Shown in pieces: positions 39,195 through 49,115 of a stretch of DNA of 64,000 nucleotides (position 1 is the stretch's first letter; every line of letters starts with the position of its first letter). The DNA comes from a virus (taxonomy: Duplodnaviria; Heunggongvirae; Uroviricota; Caudoviricetes), in the IMG/VR virus record IMGVR_UViG_3300014208_000001, positions 229,318 to 293,317 of that record. The stretch is one strand, 5' to 3'. The translations under genes were made by a program, and so were the position numbers. The notes under the pieces are model-generated. The model worked only from the letters and a program-made list of their open reading frames with translations. It was not told where the DNA came from and made no database searches.

Positions 39195-40715
39195 ATGAGA
39201 CAATTACCAAAGTTGTACTTGCGCGGATCGCTCGCAACCGAAACTATGACAAACATTACGACCGACCAAATGAAGGAAATCACTGAAGCTTACAATAAAG
39301 TTATGAGTTACGAAAGTGTTGCTGTCAAACGATTCACGATGCGATCAGCATTAGGCCAAAAATCAATACGTGGAGATTACAAAGACCCATCTATATGCGA
39401 TCAAGATTTCAATATAGCAATATGGAAAGGCGTAGTAGAATTATTATTACACCATAAATACGAATACGAATGCGCAGCATGCTCATCAAGAACATACAAA
39501 AATAAACGCGGCCTCATAACACCAATCAACAAAAAAGAAAAAATCTGCCCTAATTGCAAATCTGTCAAAATAACAAAAACCGGTAACACCACTTTAACCA
39601 AAAACCACTACATCACATTCGAAGAATACCAAAAATCATATGAACATCTGACAGACGATGATATAGCACCACAATACACAAGTCCAATGATACCAATACA
39701 AATGGATAAAAAATATAATGATCCATATAATGTTATAAATGATGAATCGCAATCAGGTAAATTTTTCGGAACATACGTGTATGGCTACCTAAAGCAGCAA
39801 TTACGCGAAAATAAACGAGTACAAAAGAAAACAATCGAAACAGTAGAAGGTCAAGCAGACCTAATCATAGCACAAGAAATAACGGCCACATTCCAACAAT
39901 TAAATATAGCTCACGACTATATCAAAGAATATAATAAATTTATTATTAAATTAATACAACCATTATTGGCAAAAGTCGAAGCAACATCACGCCTCATACA
40001 ATCATTAGCAAAAGCCCAAAACGCAGGAATATCAATAAACATATTCGACAGAGAAATACACATATTATCACACGCAACAGCTCCAATAATCAGCGGTCAG
40101 ATTATGAAAGGGAAATATATATCTCAAACACAAAACTCTACAAGTATTGATGATAATACACAAATTGTGGATCTACTCAATACAAAAACAGTGAGAGGTC
40201 AAATGATAGAAGAATTGAAACATACAGAAATAATAGAACAAAATGATTTCATAAACAATTTAAGACAAACACTCCCAGAAGGACATTGTAGAGCAGTATT
40301 CGACATTTATCTTGGAGATGGCGAATCATATTCAACATTCGCCGAATCAACAGATGGAATAATTAAAAAATCAACAGTCGCAGAATACTTAGGAATAAAA
40401 CCAAAAATAGTCGAACAACATATCTCAACAATCAAATTAGCCCTATTAGCAACAAGCGACATAGGCACACCAACATCATGCAGAACATCCTTAATAAAAG
40501 AAAAAATCAACATGTCAATCGAAGAATTAAACTTACCAATCAAAATAGTCTCAACATTATTACAAGATAACATCAACACAATTTCTGACTTAATAGAATG
40601 CGACAATGCTTCACTATTAATGATTAATGACATAGAAGAAAACGATATTATACGAATAGACAACGCACTCAAAAAAATCGGCCTGCAACGTAACCCATAC
40701 TATACCAATAATTAA
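39195..40715 (+). CDS. Sigma70-like protein with zinc ribbon insertion and C-terminal RNAP alpha-CTD-like domain
   Basis: Region 2-like DQDFNIAIWKGV; CAAC..CPNC; region 4-like HTH (STVAEYLGIKPKIVEQHISTIK); SIEELNL...I.TI.DL...LL.I...I..AL.KIGL. Confidence 0.6.
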   Translation: MRQLPKLYLRGSLATETMTNITTDQMKEITEAYNKVMSYESVAVKRFTMRSALGQKSIRGDYKDPSICDQDFNIAIWKGVVELLLHHKYEYECAACSSRTYKNKRGLITPINKKEKICPNCKSVKITKTGNTTLTKNHYITFEEYQKSYEHLTDDDIAPQYTSPMIPIQMDKKYNDPYNVINDESQSGKFFGTYVYGYLKQQLRENKRVQKKTIETVEGQADLIIAQEITATFQQLNIAHDYIKEYNKFIIKLIQPLLAKVEATSRLIQSLAKAQNAGISINIFDREIHILSHATAPIISGQIMKGKYISQTQNSTSIDDNTQIVDLLNTKTVRGQMIEELKHTEIIEQNDFINNLRQTLPEGHCRAVFDIYLGDGESYSTFAESTDGIIKKSTVAEYLGIKPKIVEQHISTIKLALLATSDIGTPTSCRTSLIKEKINMSIEELNLPIKIVSTLLQDNINTISDLIECDNASLLMINDIEENDIIRIDNALKKIGLQRNPYYTNN

Positions 40716-41236
40716 GTTAATGAACTATATTGATTAGATTGCGGTATACTAGTCATCATCGACTTAGGAGCCATACTTCTATTCGATGATTTAACAGGTT
40801 GCTTAAGATCAATATACCCATTTTCATGCGTCCCAAGTACCTTAATAATAAAAGTAATAATTCTGCGCGGCGTCGTCTGATGTGACGCACTAATATCATT
40901 ATTAAACGGCATATCACCATTCTTAATCTGCATAGCCAATTCACGCAGATTATTATGATAAGTCTTACCAATAAACATCCTATGTGTACCAAGCACAAAC
41001 AAATTCCACCCTAACTCAGCTCTACCACTCATACCATCAATATTCATAGCATGCGGTATAATTTCTACTTTATCAGATAATAATGATAATACTATAGGTA
41101 AATCAGCTAAATCAGGCGGAAATATTAATCTATCAAAAGACTGAAAACCTTTCGTAATAAAATACTGTATTAACCCACGACGAACAACTTCAGTGTTCGT
41201 CATATGCTTAATACGTTGAATCTCATTTGTGTGCAT
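40712..41236 (-). CDS. Hypothetical protein
   Basis: 174 aa conserved-looking ORF. Confidence 0.6.
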   Translation of the reverse strand: MHTNEIQRIKHMTNTEVVRRGLIQYFITKGFQSFDRLIFPPDLADLPIVLSLLSDKVEIIPHAMNIDGMSGRAELGWNLFVLGTHRMFIGKTYHNNLRELAMQIKNGDMPFNNDISASHQTTPRRIITFIIKVLGTHENGYIDLKQPVKSSNRSMAPKSMMTSIPQSNQYSSLT

Positions 41237-41255
41237 ATAAACCCTCTATTTATAT

Positions 41256-42068
41256 TTGAATATAAAATACAGAACATTCAATAATTCAAAGAACACAATG
41301 TACTATTATAAATGGATACAATCGAACGAACCAATAATAACTCAGATACCATACTATGTATATACATCCCTAGAAGAAGCATACAAACACGAAGAACCAC
41401 ACAAAACCCTATACTCATTCGAAAGTATAGACCCAACACCAATAAAACAAGAATTACCCAAATCACTAACAACCATCACTCCAACAACCATCACTCCAAC
41501 AACAACAGAGCTAAATCAACATAATTATTATAAAATATTAAATCATTTTAATGATAAACCACGTAATCATTTACTAAACACATCAAATCACCAATTACAA
41601 TTGATGCAAAATCTATGTTATCATTTAGGTTGCTTACAAACAGAAAACACTAATACAGCATTATATCTATGGGAAACAACATTAACTCAAGAAAATAATT
41701 TTATCGTAATGCAATCAAAATCTGATTGCTTCTGTTCAACAGCTCCAGCAACTTTTACAGTATCAGGATCTGGTGTTGTGCCAACAGTATCATTACCATA
41801 TGTTGCATTATGCCAATGGAAAAACACAACCACATTATGCGGATTAAATTACTTAGTAAACTTACAAGTCTGCTTCACATGCTTAGGCGGCACAGCAAAC
41901 GATTGGATTCTTGACTTCATAAATTTAGACTTCTCAGGATATCAAGAAGCACGATATACTTCAGGAACAACACTCTGCACTCCAGGGGCCATGAGCCTAT
42001 TCACATACCCACCAACAATATATTGCCCAGGACTAACAAATTGGCCATCAACACTATCAGTGGCATAA
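41256..42068 (+). CDS. Paralog 1 with Cys-rich beta C-terminal domain
   Basis: YY.WI.SN....QIP..VYTSL.A shared with the next gene; probable start near 41297. Confidence 0.55.
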   Translation: MNIKYRTFNNSKNTMYYYKWIQSNEPIITQIPYYVYTSLEEAYKHEEPHKTLYSFESIDPTPIKQELPKSLTTITPTTITPTTTELNQHNYYKILNHFNDKPRNHLLNTSNHQLQLMQNLCYHLGCLQTENTNTALYLWETTLTQENNFIVMQSKSDCFCSTAPATFTVSGSGVVPTVSLPYVALCQWKNTTTLCGLNYLVNLQVCFTCLGGTANDWILDFINLDFSGYQEARYTSGTTLCTPGAMSLFTYPPTIYCPGLTNWPSTLSVA

Positions 42069-42866
42069 ATGCGATACTACACATGGATTAACTCAAACAG
42101 CGACACAACAATACAAATACCAGGTATGGTATATACCTCATTATCAGACGCAACAAAATATAATAATCAACATACTCTATACACATTCGAAGGTAAAGAA
42201 CCAACCAAAATAAACCAAATAATCACACCACAATTCATACAAACATTACAAACATCACAAATAACACCATACTCCGCAAAAGAACTATTAACAGCATTAA
42301 ACTACTTTTCAAAAAAACCAGAAAACCATTTCACAGCCAGAGAAGAATTAAATGATATTATATCAATACTACGCATAGCAAAATCAACATCATGCATACA
42401 ATATTCAAAATCACCCAAAGCATTATACGCAGAACAAGTTACACTATTAAAATACACCACTTTCGCAAATCAAGATTTTATAATAACACAATCAAAACCA
42501 GATTGCTTATGCCCAGAATTACCATTAACAATTAATGTCAATGGCGGAGGCTCAGTCCCAGCAGCAACCGCAACATATACAGGATCAGGAACATGTTTAT
42601 GGGAAGGATCATTAACAATATGTGGATATACTTATAGACTTGCAGTAGGAGTCAGCGTTGGCTCACCAGTCAATATAAATGTGGCATATACAAATTTAAC
42701 TTTCCCATCAGTTGCAGCATGGAACTCAATATACAATAGAAATAGTACCGATTGCACTCTAGGAGACTGTAGTTTATTCATGCCACAAGGATCAGATTAT
42801 ACAGCAGGATTACCATGCTCACCATTTGGCACACAATTTTGGCCAAATACTATAACAATATCATAA
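42069..42866 (+). CDS. Paralog 2 with Cys-rich beta C-terminal domain
   Basis: Same N-terminus and QSK.DC.C linker. Confidence 0.55.
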   Translation: MRYYTWINSNSDTTIQIPGMVYTSLSDATKYNNQHTLYTFEGKEPTKINQIITPQFIQTLQTSQITPYSAKELLTALNYFSKKPENHFTAREELNDIISILRIAKSTSCIQYSKSPKALYAEQVTLLKYTTFANQDFIITQSKPDCLCPELPLTINVNGGGSVPAATATYTGSGTCLWEGSLTICGYTYRLAVGVSVGSPVNINVAYTNLTFPSVAAWNSIYNRNSTDCTLGDCSLFMPQGSDYTAGLPCSPFGTQFWPNTITIS

Positions 42867-44693
42867 TTACCTAATATCAACCAATTGACTAAACCTATTA
42901 GTCCGCCTAACCAACAATTGCTTATGAAACATATCTTTCATAGAATCCTTATGAGACACAATAAGCACAGACTCAACTTTACTACTAATATCATTTTTAA
43001 TAATATTCACCAAACCATTAATCCCATCATCATCTAATCTACCATCTACCTCATCAAGAACAATAATATTACATTGACGGCCATATATTAACTCATGCAA
43101 ATCAAACATCGCAAGCATGAACGCAACATCAGTGCGTTTTCTCTCGCCGCCACTCTCAAATTCGTATCCCCATAAATTACTATCAACGCCCAAACTACTA
43201 TTCAATTGGATCTGAATATCCAACCCTAAAACTTCCAAATAATGTTTCAATCGCTTATTTATATAAGGAATATGCTCATCAAAAACATAGCTTTTAATTT
43301 TGTTACGATCAGAATATGCCTTCTGAATATATGTATAATGCGCTGTAAGAGCCGCATTACGCTCAATTTCAGATTCTAAAGCAACCTTATCATCTGATAA
43401 CTTCTCTAAATCAGCAACATATTGAGCGAGCATTTCATTATGTGGACTCTCTTCGGCTAAAATTCGTTCAATATCCTTCCTATGACGTTTAGCATTATCA
43501 TCATATGATTTCCACTGACGATGAATAGTTCTAGCATCTTCCAACGTCATCTTAGGAGATTTGGTAGAAATCAACTCTTTAGCAGCAAATAATTTCTTTT
43601 TAACAATCTCACACGAATCTTTAATCTCATTAATCTCAGAAAGTAAACTAGCATATTCTTCTTGAAGAGGAGCAATCCTATCAGTGGTGTGTGTTGATGT
43701 TATTTCTTGTTCACACTCAACACACATTTTACCATTTTTATTCTTCCATTCAGAAATCCTGGAAGAATAACTCTTAGCCATGCCCTCCTTAGTAGCTAAT
43801 TGTCGATTAAATCCAATAATCTGATCATCATATTTCTCAAGAATTATTTTGGCTTGAGCTACAATATCCCACTTCTTACTTAATGACTCTAAATCAGGTA
43901 ATACTAATTTATCACGTTTATCTAATTCACTCTTCTCAGCATCAACAGAAAATTGATAACGCTGAGTTTTACTAATATCATAATTATCAATAGCTTGCTG
44001 TAACCTAGCAATATTAGCATTAGTTGAATTGATATTACTTATTAATGATTCAACTTGCGCCCTGCGTTTCGATAATGATCTTTCTACAGCATCTGCTTTA
44101 TCTTTGGCTACTTTAGAATAACATGTGAACCTGTCAATATGCAAGATGCGCTCAATAGCTTTCTTACGCACAGTATCAGCCATTTCTAACCATGGCTTAC
44201 CATATTGCGTAAAAAACACACTACCACAAAACACATCCCAATCTAAATTAAAAATTTTATCTAATTTCTGCTGTTGAGCAGCAGCAGTCGATAATGTCTC
44301 AGAAGTCAACTTATTTTCATCACCATCTTTAGTATAAATGATCTCATTTACACCATTAACATTACGTAATCTAGTTATACTATCGCCATTTTTCATAGTT
44401 ATTTTAACATAACAATCTTTGCCTGTAAACCAATTAACTACTTTATTACCAGGATTAGTATTATGCATAGTACGTCCAAATAAACCATATTGAATAGCAG
44501 ATATGATAGAACTCTTGCCTGCCCCATTGCTTTTGCTAGTTTTACTAATGTATTCTTCACCCCTATCACCATCTTCATCATCAATAACTTCACCCAATAT
44601 TAAACATTGCCCCAATTCATCCAAACTTATTTTAGTTATATAATCGCCCCAGCTCAAAAAATTACGAAATTCAATTTCTTTTATCTCTATCAT
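42867..44693 (-). CDS. SbcC/Rad50-like ATPase (T4 gp46)
   Basis: F.NFLSWG, NGAGKSS, CVEC hook, SGGE signature, LDE, VSH. Confidence 0.92.
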   Translation of the reverse strand: MIEIKEIEFRNFLSWGDYITKISLDELGQCLILGEVIDDEDGDRGEEYISKTSKSNGAGKSSIISAIQYGLFGRTMHNTNPGNKVVNWFTGKDCYVKITMKNGDSITRLRNVNGVNEIIYTKDGDENKLTSETLSTAAAQQQKLDKIFNLDWDVFCGSVFFTQYGKPWLEMADTVRKKAIERILHIDRFTCYSKVAKDKADAVERSLSKRRAQVESLISNINSTNANIARLQQAIDNYDISKTQRYQFSVDAEKSELDKRDKLVLPDLESLSKKWDIVAQAKIILEKYDDQIIGFNRQLATKEGMAKSYSSRISEWKNKNGKMCVECEQEITSTHTTDRIAPLQEEYASLLSEINEIKDSCEIVKKKLFAAKELISTKSPKMTLEDARTIHRQWKSYDDNAKRHRKDIERILAEESPHNEMLAQYVADLEKLSDDKVALESEIERNAALTAHYTYIQKAYSDRNKIKSYVFDEHIPYINKRLKHYLEVLGLDIQIQLNSSLGVDSNLWGYEFESGGERKRTDVAFMLAMFDLHELIYGRQCNIIVLDEVDGRLDDDGINGLVNIIKNDISSKVESVLIVSHKDSMKDMFHKQLLVRRTNRFSQLVDIR

Positions 44694-45090
44694 TTAGAAC
44701 CCTATCAACAAATTTCAAAACAAATTGATCTTGTCCACTAGTATAACCAAGATAACAAAATACAGCATTAACAAGAAAAACTCTACAATATTGCAAATTT
44801 AACCCATACACACGACAATATTGTGCCAATAAATCATCATTCATATCTTCAGTTAAATACGTGTGCGGATCATAATTAGTATAAACTTCAAAACATTTGC
44901 GATATATTTCTGGTATCTCACTACAATCATATTCATTACGCGTATTCAAACCAAACACACGCATAAAACACCCAACAGGGCAACACATTTTACCATTTTT
45001 ATAAAAATATCCATACGCTCCAATTTTGGTAAAAATAGGAACATTATCTGGATATAACACCACTAATCCTTTCAACATATCTGTCGACAC
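44671..45090 (-). CDS. Hypothetical protein
   Basis: 139 aa ORF. Confidence 0.45.
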   Translation of the reverse strand: MSTDMLKGLVVLYPDNVPIFTKIGAYGYFYKNGKMCCPVGCFMRVFGLNTRNEYDCSEIPEIYRKCFEVYTNYDPHTYLTEDMNDDLLAQYCRVYGLNLQYCRVFLVNAVFCYLGYTSGQDQFVLKFVDRVLNDRDKRN

Positions 45091-45574
45091 AATCAGATAT
45101 CATATCAAATTCTTCAACAGATAATTTATCATAATCGCCATCAGAATATTTAAATATAGTATCAATATCAAAAGTTTGGTACCACGTTGGCCATTGCCAT
45201 TTATTAACAAAAATTTTCGAAACAATAGGTGTTCCAATTCTGGAACACCATTCAATACAAACAGCATCGCGATTAACTTCACATTTTATATTCTTGCGTA
45301 AAATAATAATATGAAATAAATTAAGTGGATATACATAATTATATTCAGCAATTCGGTATTGATGCTTTATTATAACATCAAATTTATTATTATGATATTT
45401 ATTAATTATCATATTCAATAAAACAGTATCAATAATATCACATTTTGAATAATATTTGAGGTCACCAGGATTAATAAATTTATTACACACCCCTACGTGC
45501 TTAGTATTCATCTTTTTATAAATAGCACCAAATCCACGTGTGTATAACTCATACTCCATGCATGCCGCTTTCAT
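45044..45574 (-). CDS. Hypothetical protein
   Basis: 176 aa ORF. Confidence 0.45.
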   Translation of the reverse strand: MKAACMEYELYTRGFGAIYKKMNTKHVGVCNKFINPGDLKYYSKCDIIDTVLLNMIINKYHNNKFDVIIKHQYRIAEYNYVYPLNLFHIIILRKNIKCEVNRDAVCIEWCSRIGTPIVSKIFVNKWQWPTWYQTFDIDTIFKYSDGDYDKLSVEEFDMISDCVDRYVERISGVISR

Positions 45575-47082
45575 TTAATATGAAAAATGTACCTATATTT
45601 TTCTGACGTTTTCATTTTTGTAAATTTGTATGTATTAGCGTAAACATTTTCGGTCATAGAATGTTTTATAGCTCTATTATATAACGTTTTCTTATGCATG
45701 ACCCAACCACCATTATTTATATAATAATATGATTCTGTGGTATTACCATCATATAACCAATTAGATGCTTTATAAATTGTGCCAACATGCCCAATAGTAC
45801 TATCAGCAAATGCAACCAAGCATTTCCATTTTTTATTATTTCTAATCCATTTAATCGATTTAGCTATGCACCACGACGCAAAATTCTTCTTCTGGTAATT
45901 AGGATGAATACAAAATCTTTTCAATTCTTTAACTTCATCAGATTTATAACCTAATCTAATAGCTGTTTCATTCCTACTTATTGATCCATATGAAGCGCAC
46001 GCAATCAATATATCATTAATATAAAAACCAATATTTATAGTATGATTAATCGGTCCTATATAATGGTATTTATACATAAATTCATTTATATCACTAGCAT
46101 TTACCAATTTAGCCGTAACATCATTAAAGTCAAAATGTGTAACGTTACTTTTATTTATATCCAGTTCATATTTCAACCTAGTATTTATAACATCCTTACC
46201 ATAAAATTCATATTCATAAAAATATAACATTTTAAATTTAGTATACTTATTAATATATGTAGCTTTAGCTTTATCTGATCTGATAGCTTTTGGTAATGAA
46301 TGCCAATAATCACCTTGTACTTCAATAAGACGGTTATATTTTGGCAAATAACAATCAAATGTCCATGGTCCAACTTTGTATTCATGAATGTATTCAATAT
46401 TTAAATCTTCTAATAATGAATATAGCCATTTTTGAGGTTTAGAAATACTTACCGTACTTGCTCTGATAGTAGCCATTTTATCTCTAAAAACATCATCTTT
46501 CCATAAATCAATAAAATGCTCTTTAGCAATTTTGGACATTTTTTCTCTATAACCAGGTCTATTCCAAAACGATTTCATAAACATTGAATATTCATCAGTT
46601 TTCCTACGATATAATTCTTTCTGTCTCCTATCTAAATTGCCCCATAATGCATCAGCACCAACTTTACCATTTCTAGATAATAATTCTTTATCGACCTTGC
46701 ACATACCACTTTTAACTAATTCAGAAAATGTACTATTGTTAATTCTATTTTTAGCCAATTGTTCATATATATCACGATTATCGTGATATCCTTTTATAGC
46801 AGCACATTTAATACATAATTTATTATTTCTACTACGATATTTAACTTCTCTATCTTCACCACATTGTGTGCATGTTATTTTGATTATAGTATTATTATTT
46901 ATACTAGCATATTTAGCTTTCATACGTTGTGAAATATTTATATTATTTCTTTTCCTGCAACAATCAGAACATAGAACTTCATCATATAATTTTAACTGCT
47001 TATAATAATTAACTGCCGATTTTTCTGATGGTATATTACATTTTGGACATGTGAATTTTTTACGTTTCATTTTATAATCCAC
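45571..47082 (-). CDS. Zinc ribbon + Vsr/DUF559-like endonuclease + Mom-like GNAT domain
   Basis: CPKC/CSDC/CTQC/CIKC; FD...LIEVQGDYWHSL; YHYIG..ELKRFC..NFASW..AFAD..GH.GTIYKASNW. Confidence 0.72.
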   Translation of the reverse strand: MDYKMKRKKFTCPKCNIPSEKSAVNYYKQLKLYDEVLCSDCCRKRNNINISQRMKAKYASINNNTIIKITCTQCGEDREVKYRSRNNKLCIKCAAIKGYHDNRDIYEQLAKNRINNSTFSELVKSGMCKVDKELLSRNGKVGADALWGNLDRRQKELYRRKTDEYSMFMKSFWNRPGYREKMSKIAKEHFIDLWKDDVFRDKMATIRASTVSISKPQKWLYSLLEDLNIEYIHEYKVGPWTFDCYLPKYNRLIEVQGDYWHSLPKAIRSDKAKATYINKYTKFKMLYFYEYEFYGKDVINTRLKYELDINKSNVTHFDFNDVTAKLVNASDINEFMYKYHYIGPINHTINIGFYINDILIACASYGSISRNETAIRLGYKSDEVKELKRFCIHPNYQKKNFASWCIAKSIKWIRNNKKWKCLVAFADSTIGHVGTIYKASNWLYDGNTTESYYYINNGGWVMHKKTLYNRAIKHSMTENVYANTYKFTKMKTSEKYRYIFHIK

Positions 47083-48775
47083 GTATGGCTTCTTTAAACC
47101 ATTTTGGAAACATACTACTATTATATTTCATCACATCTTTAAAAGATTCATCTATAATATATGTATCAGCATAATCTGTATTAGATCTGATTGAGCGCCC
47201 AACACTTTGTACTAATTTTAACGCAGTTAACCAATCATAATATTTAGGATCAAGCTCTTTACGCCTAGCCAATTGCTTATCACTATAAAAATTTGGATAT
47301 GGGATTTTAGCAATAATTTGAAATCTCGATAAATCATCTTTTAAATCTAGCCCTTCATGCATAGCTGGTGCAACAATCACAGTATCATCACATTTAGCAT
47401 GATATGCCAACATATCAGTTTTATCTGAAAAATTATTCTGATCTAAGAATCTACATCTAACATCAGAGTCGCATCCCTCGAGCAATGCTTTATGAATCGC
47501 AAAATTGTGTGTGTGAATAATACCTTTTTTGCCTTTATATTTTCTAACTAATTCATTAACTTTCTTAATAACCTTAGGCATCCAAACGGCAGATTGTGTT
47601 TTACCACCAGTTAACTTGCATACAGGATCAAAATGAATAAGCCTATTCTCAACAGGAAAATTATTACCAATTCTCTTCAATGCCGCATCATATCGCTCAA
47701 TACCTAAACTATTGCAAAACACATTACCGTCTAAAATAGTAGCAGATAACATTAACACTTTATTGGCATATTTATACAAAATGTCATTAGCATAATTTTG
47801 AACATACACAGGTTTAAATATGACTTTACGATACGTTCCTAAATCTTCATATTGTACTATCCATTCATCACCATATGTGTTATTATCAATTTTGTTTATG
47901 ACAGAATCATATGACTTAATCATATTAGTGATACTATCAATTTCATTATAAGTACTTACTCCAGAACATTTAAGTTCTTCACATACAGTAACCAATAAAT
48001 CACGAATTTTATTATCATTAACCCATTTAATATACTTAGCAACAGTATCGTATTCTGGTATCTTAATATTAAACTTCTTCAACCTATAATCTGATAATGT
48101 TGCACTAACCAAATCCATTAAAATAGATTCTTGATTATGTGCTTCATCTATAATCAATAAATCACGTACACCAAAACGTTGTATCGATGTTTGTGCCACA
48201 AAATTATTGAAATTCATTACAACTTTACGAGCTTTAACAGCATCAAATAATTTTTCAAAATATGGGCACGCACTATGCGTCATACCAAGAGGCAACTCAG
48301 TCAATTCACCAGGTAATTGGCCATTACTAGTAAAACATTGTTTACATGACGCTTTACCAGTGTGTTCATCACCTCGCAAACCACGTTTACAATACCCATT
48401 ATCACACGTTGGATTTTGTGATATAATAGTAGCTAACTCATTAGATGTCATCATTTTACGATCACGTAAAATACTATACCTGCGCGACCAATATGTACAT
48501 GGGTATGCATTTCTTCCTTTTAACACTACTATATCATCATAATCGTCTAATAATTGATCTTGTAATTGTTTAGATGATGTTAAATAATAACTAGATGATA
48601 CCATATTTGCTATAGTCATCGCTATAGCACTCTTACCACTACCAGTTGGACATTCAAGCACAACTGTTTTTTTATCACTGTTAAATTGATTAACAATGTA
48701 TTCTATACATTCACGCTGTTGCGGCCTATATGATTTTTTAGGAAAACACTGATCGATTTTGTCTAAGTCAAACAT
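47072..48775 (-). CDS. DinG/XPD-family helicase with Fe-S cysteines
   Basis: YRPQQ, CPTGSGKS, KGRNAY.C, CPYF, IIDEAH, EGLD, QSVGRSIR. Confidence 0.88.
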   Translation of the reverse strand: MFDLDKIDQCFPKKSYRPQQRECIEYIVNQFNSDKKTVVLECPTGSGKSAIAMTIANMVSSSYYLTSSKQLQDQLLDDYDDIVVLKGRNAYPCTYWSRRYSILRDRKMMTSNELATIISQNPTCDNGYCKRGLRGDEHTGKASCKQCFTSNGQLPGELTELPLGMTHSACPYFEKLFDAVKARKVVMNFNNFVAQTSIQRFGVRDLLIIDEAHNQESILMDLVSATLSDYRLKKFNIKIPEYDTVAKYIKWVNDNKIRDLLVTVCEELKCSGVSTYNEIDSITNMIKSYDSVINKIDNNTYGDEWIVQYEDLGTYRKVIFKPVYVQNYANDILYKYANKVLMLSATILDGNVFCNSLGIERYDAALKRIGNNFPVENRLIHFDPVCKLTGGKTQSAVWMPKVIKKVNELVRKYKGKKGIIHTHNFAIHKALLEGCDSDVRCRFLDQNNFSDKTDMLAYHAKCDDTVIVAPAMHEGLDLKDDLSRFQIIAKIPYPNFYSDKQLARRKELDPKYYDWLTALKLVQSVGRSIRSNTDYADTYIIDESFKDVMKYNSSMFPKWFKEAIRGL

Positions 48776-48803
48776 TCAGACCTCCAAAAACCAGAATACA
48801 CGT

Positions 48804-49115
48804 TCACTCAAACGAAATTATATCATTACTAACTATGTTATCAAATGTTATTTCAAATTCATTTAATCCATCCATATCATTAATATCAGAAATAAATAAA
48901 GACATCATAACACCACGAACAGAACAAATAAGATATTCTGTACCATCACCAACTTCAACAATTTTTAAAATTGGCTTATTAGTGGCACAACTATGAATAT
49001 TCACTTGTGTCAAACATACCACAGTATATACATATTTTGATTTAGTATATTTATTCATTATTTCATTACAAATCTGATATAACGCTAATAATATTAAATT
49101 CTCTTTATACGTCAT
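48804..49115 (-). CDS. Hypothetical protein
   Basis: 103 aa ORF. Confidence 0.4.
   Translation of the reverse strand: MTYKENLILLALYQICNEIMNKYTKSKYVYTVVCLTQVNIHSCATNKPILKIVEVGDGTEYLICSVRGVMMSLFISDINDMDGLNEFEITFDNIVSNDIISFE

Noticed and set aside
41247-41254. TATAAATA T4-like late promoter upstream of 40712-41236
   Set aside because: Expected by chance at this AT content and not found consistently upstream of structural genes
41470-41505. 15 bp tandem duplication encoding TTITP TTITP
   Set aside because: Ordinary in-frame slippage in a low-complexity linker
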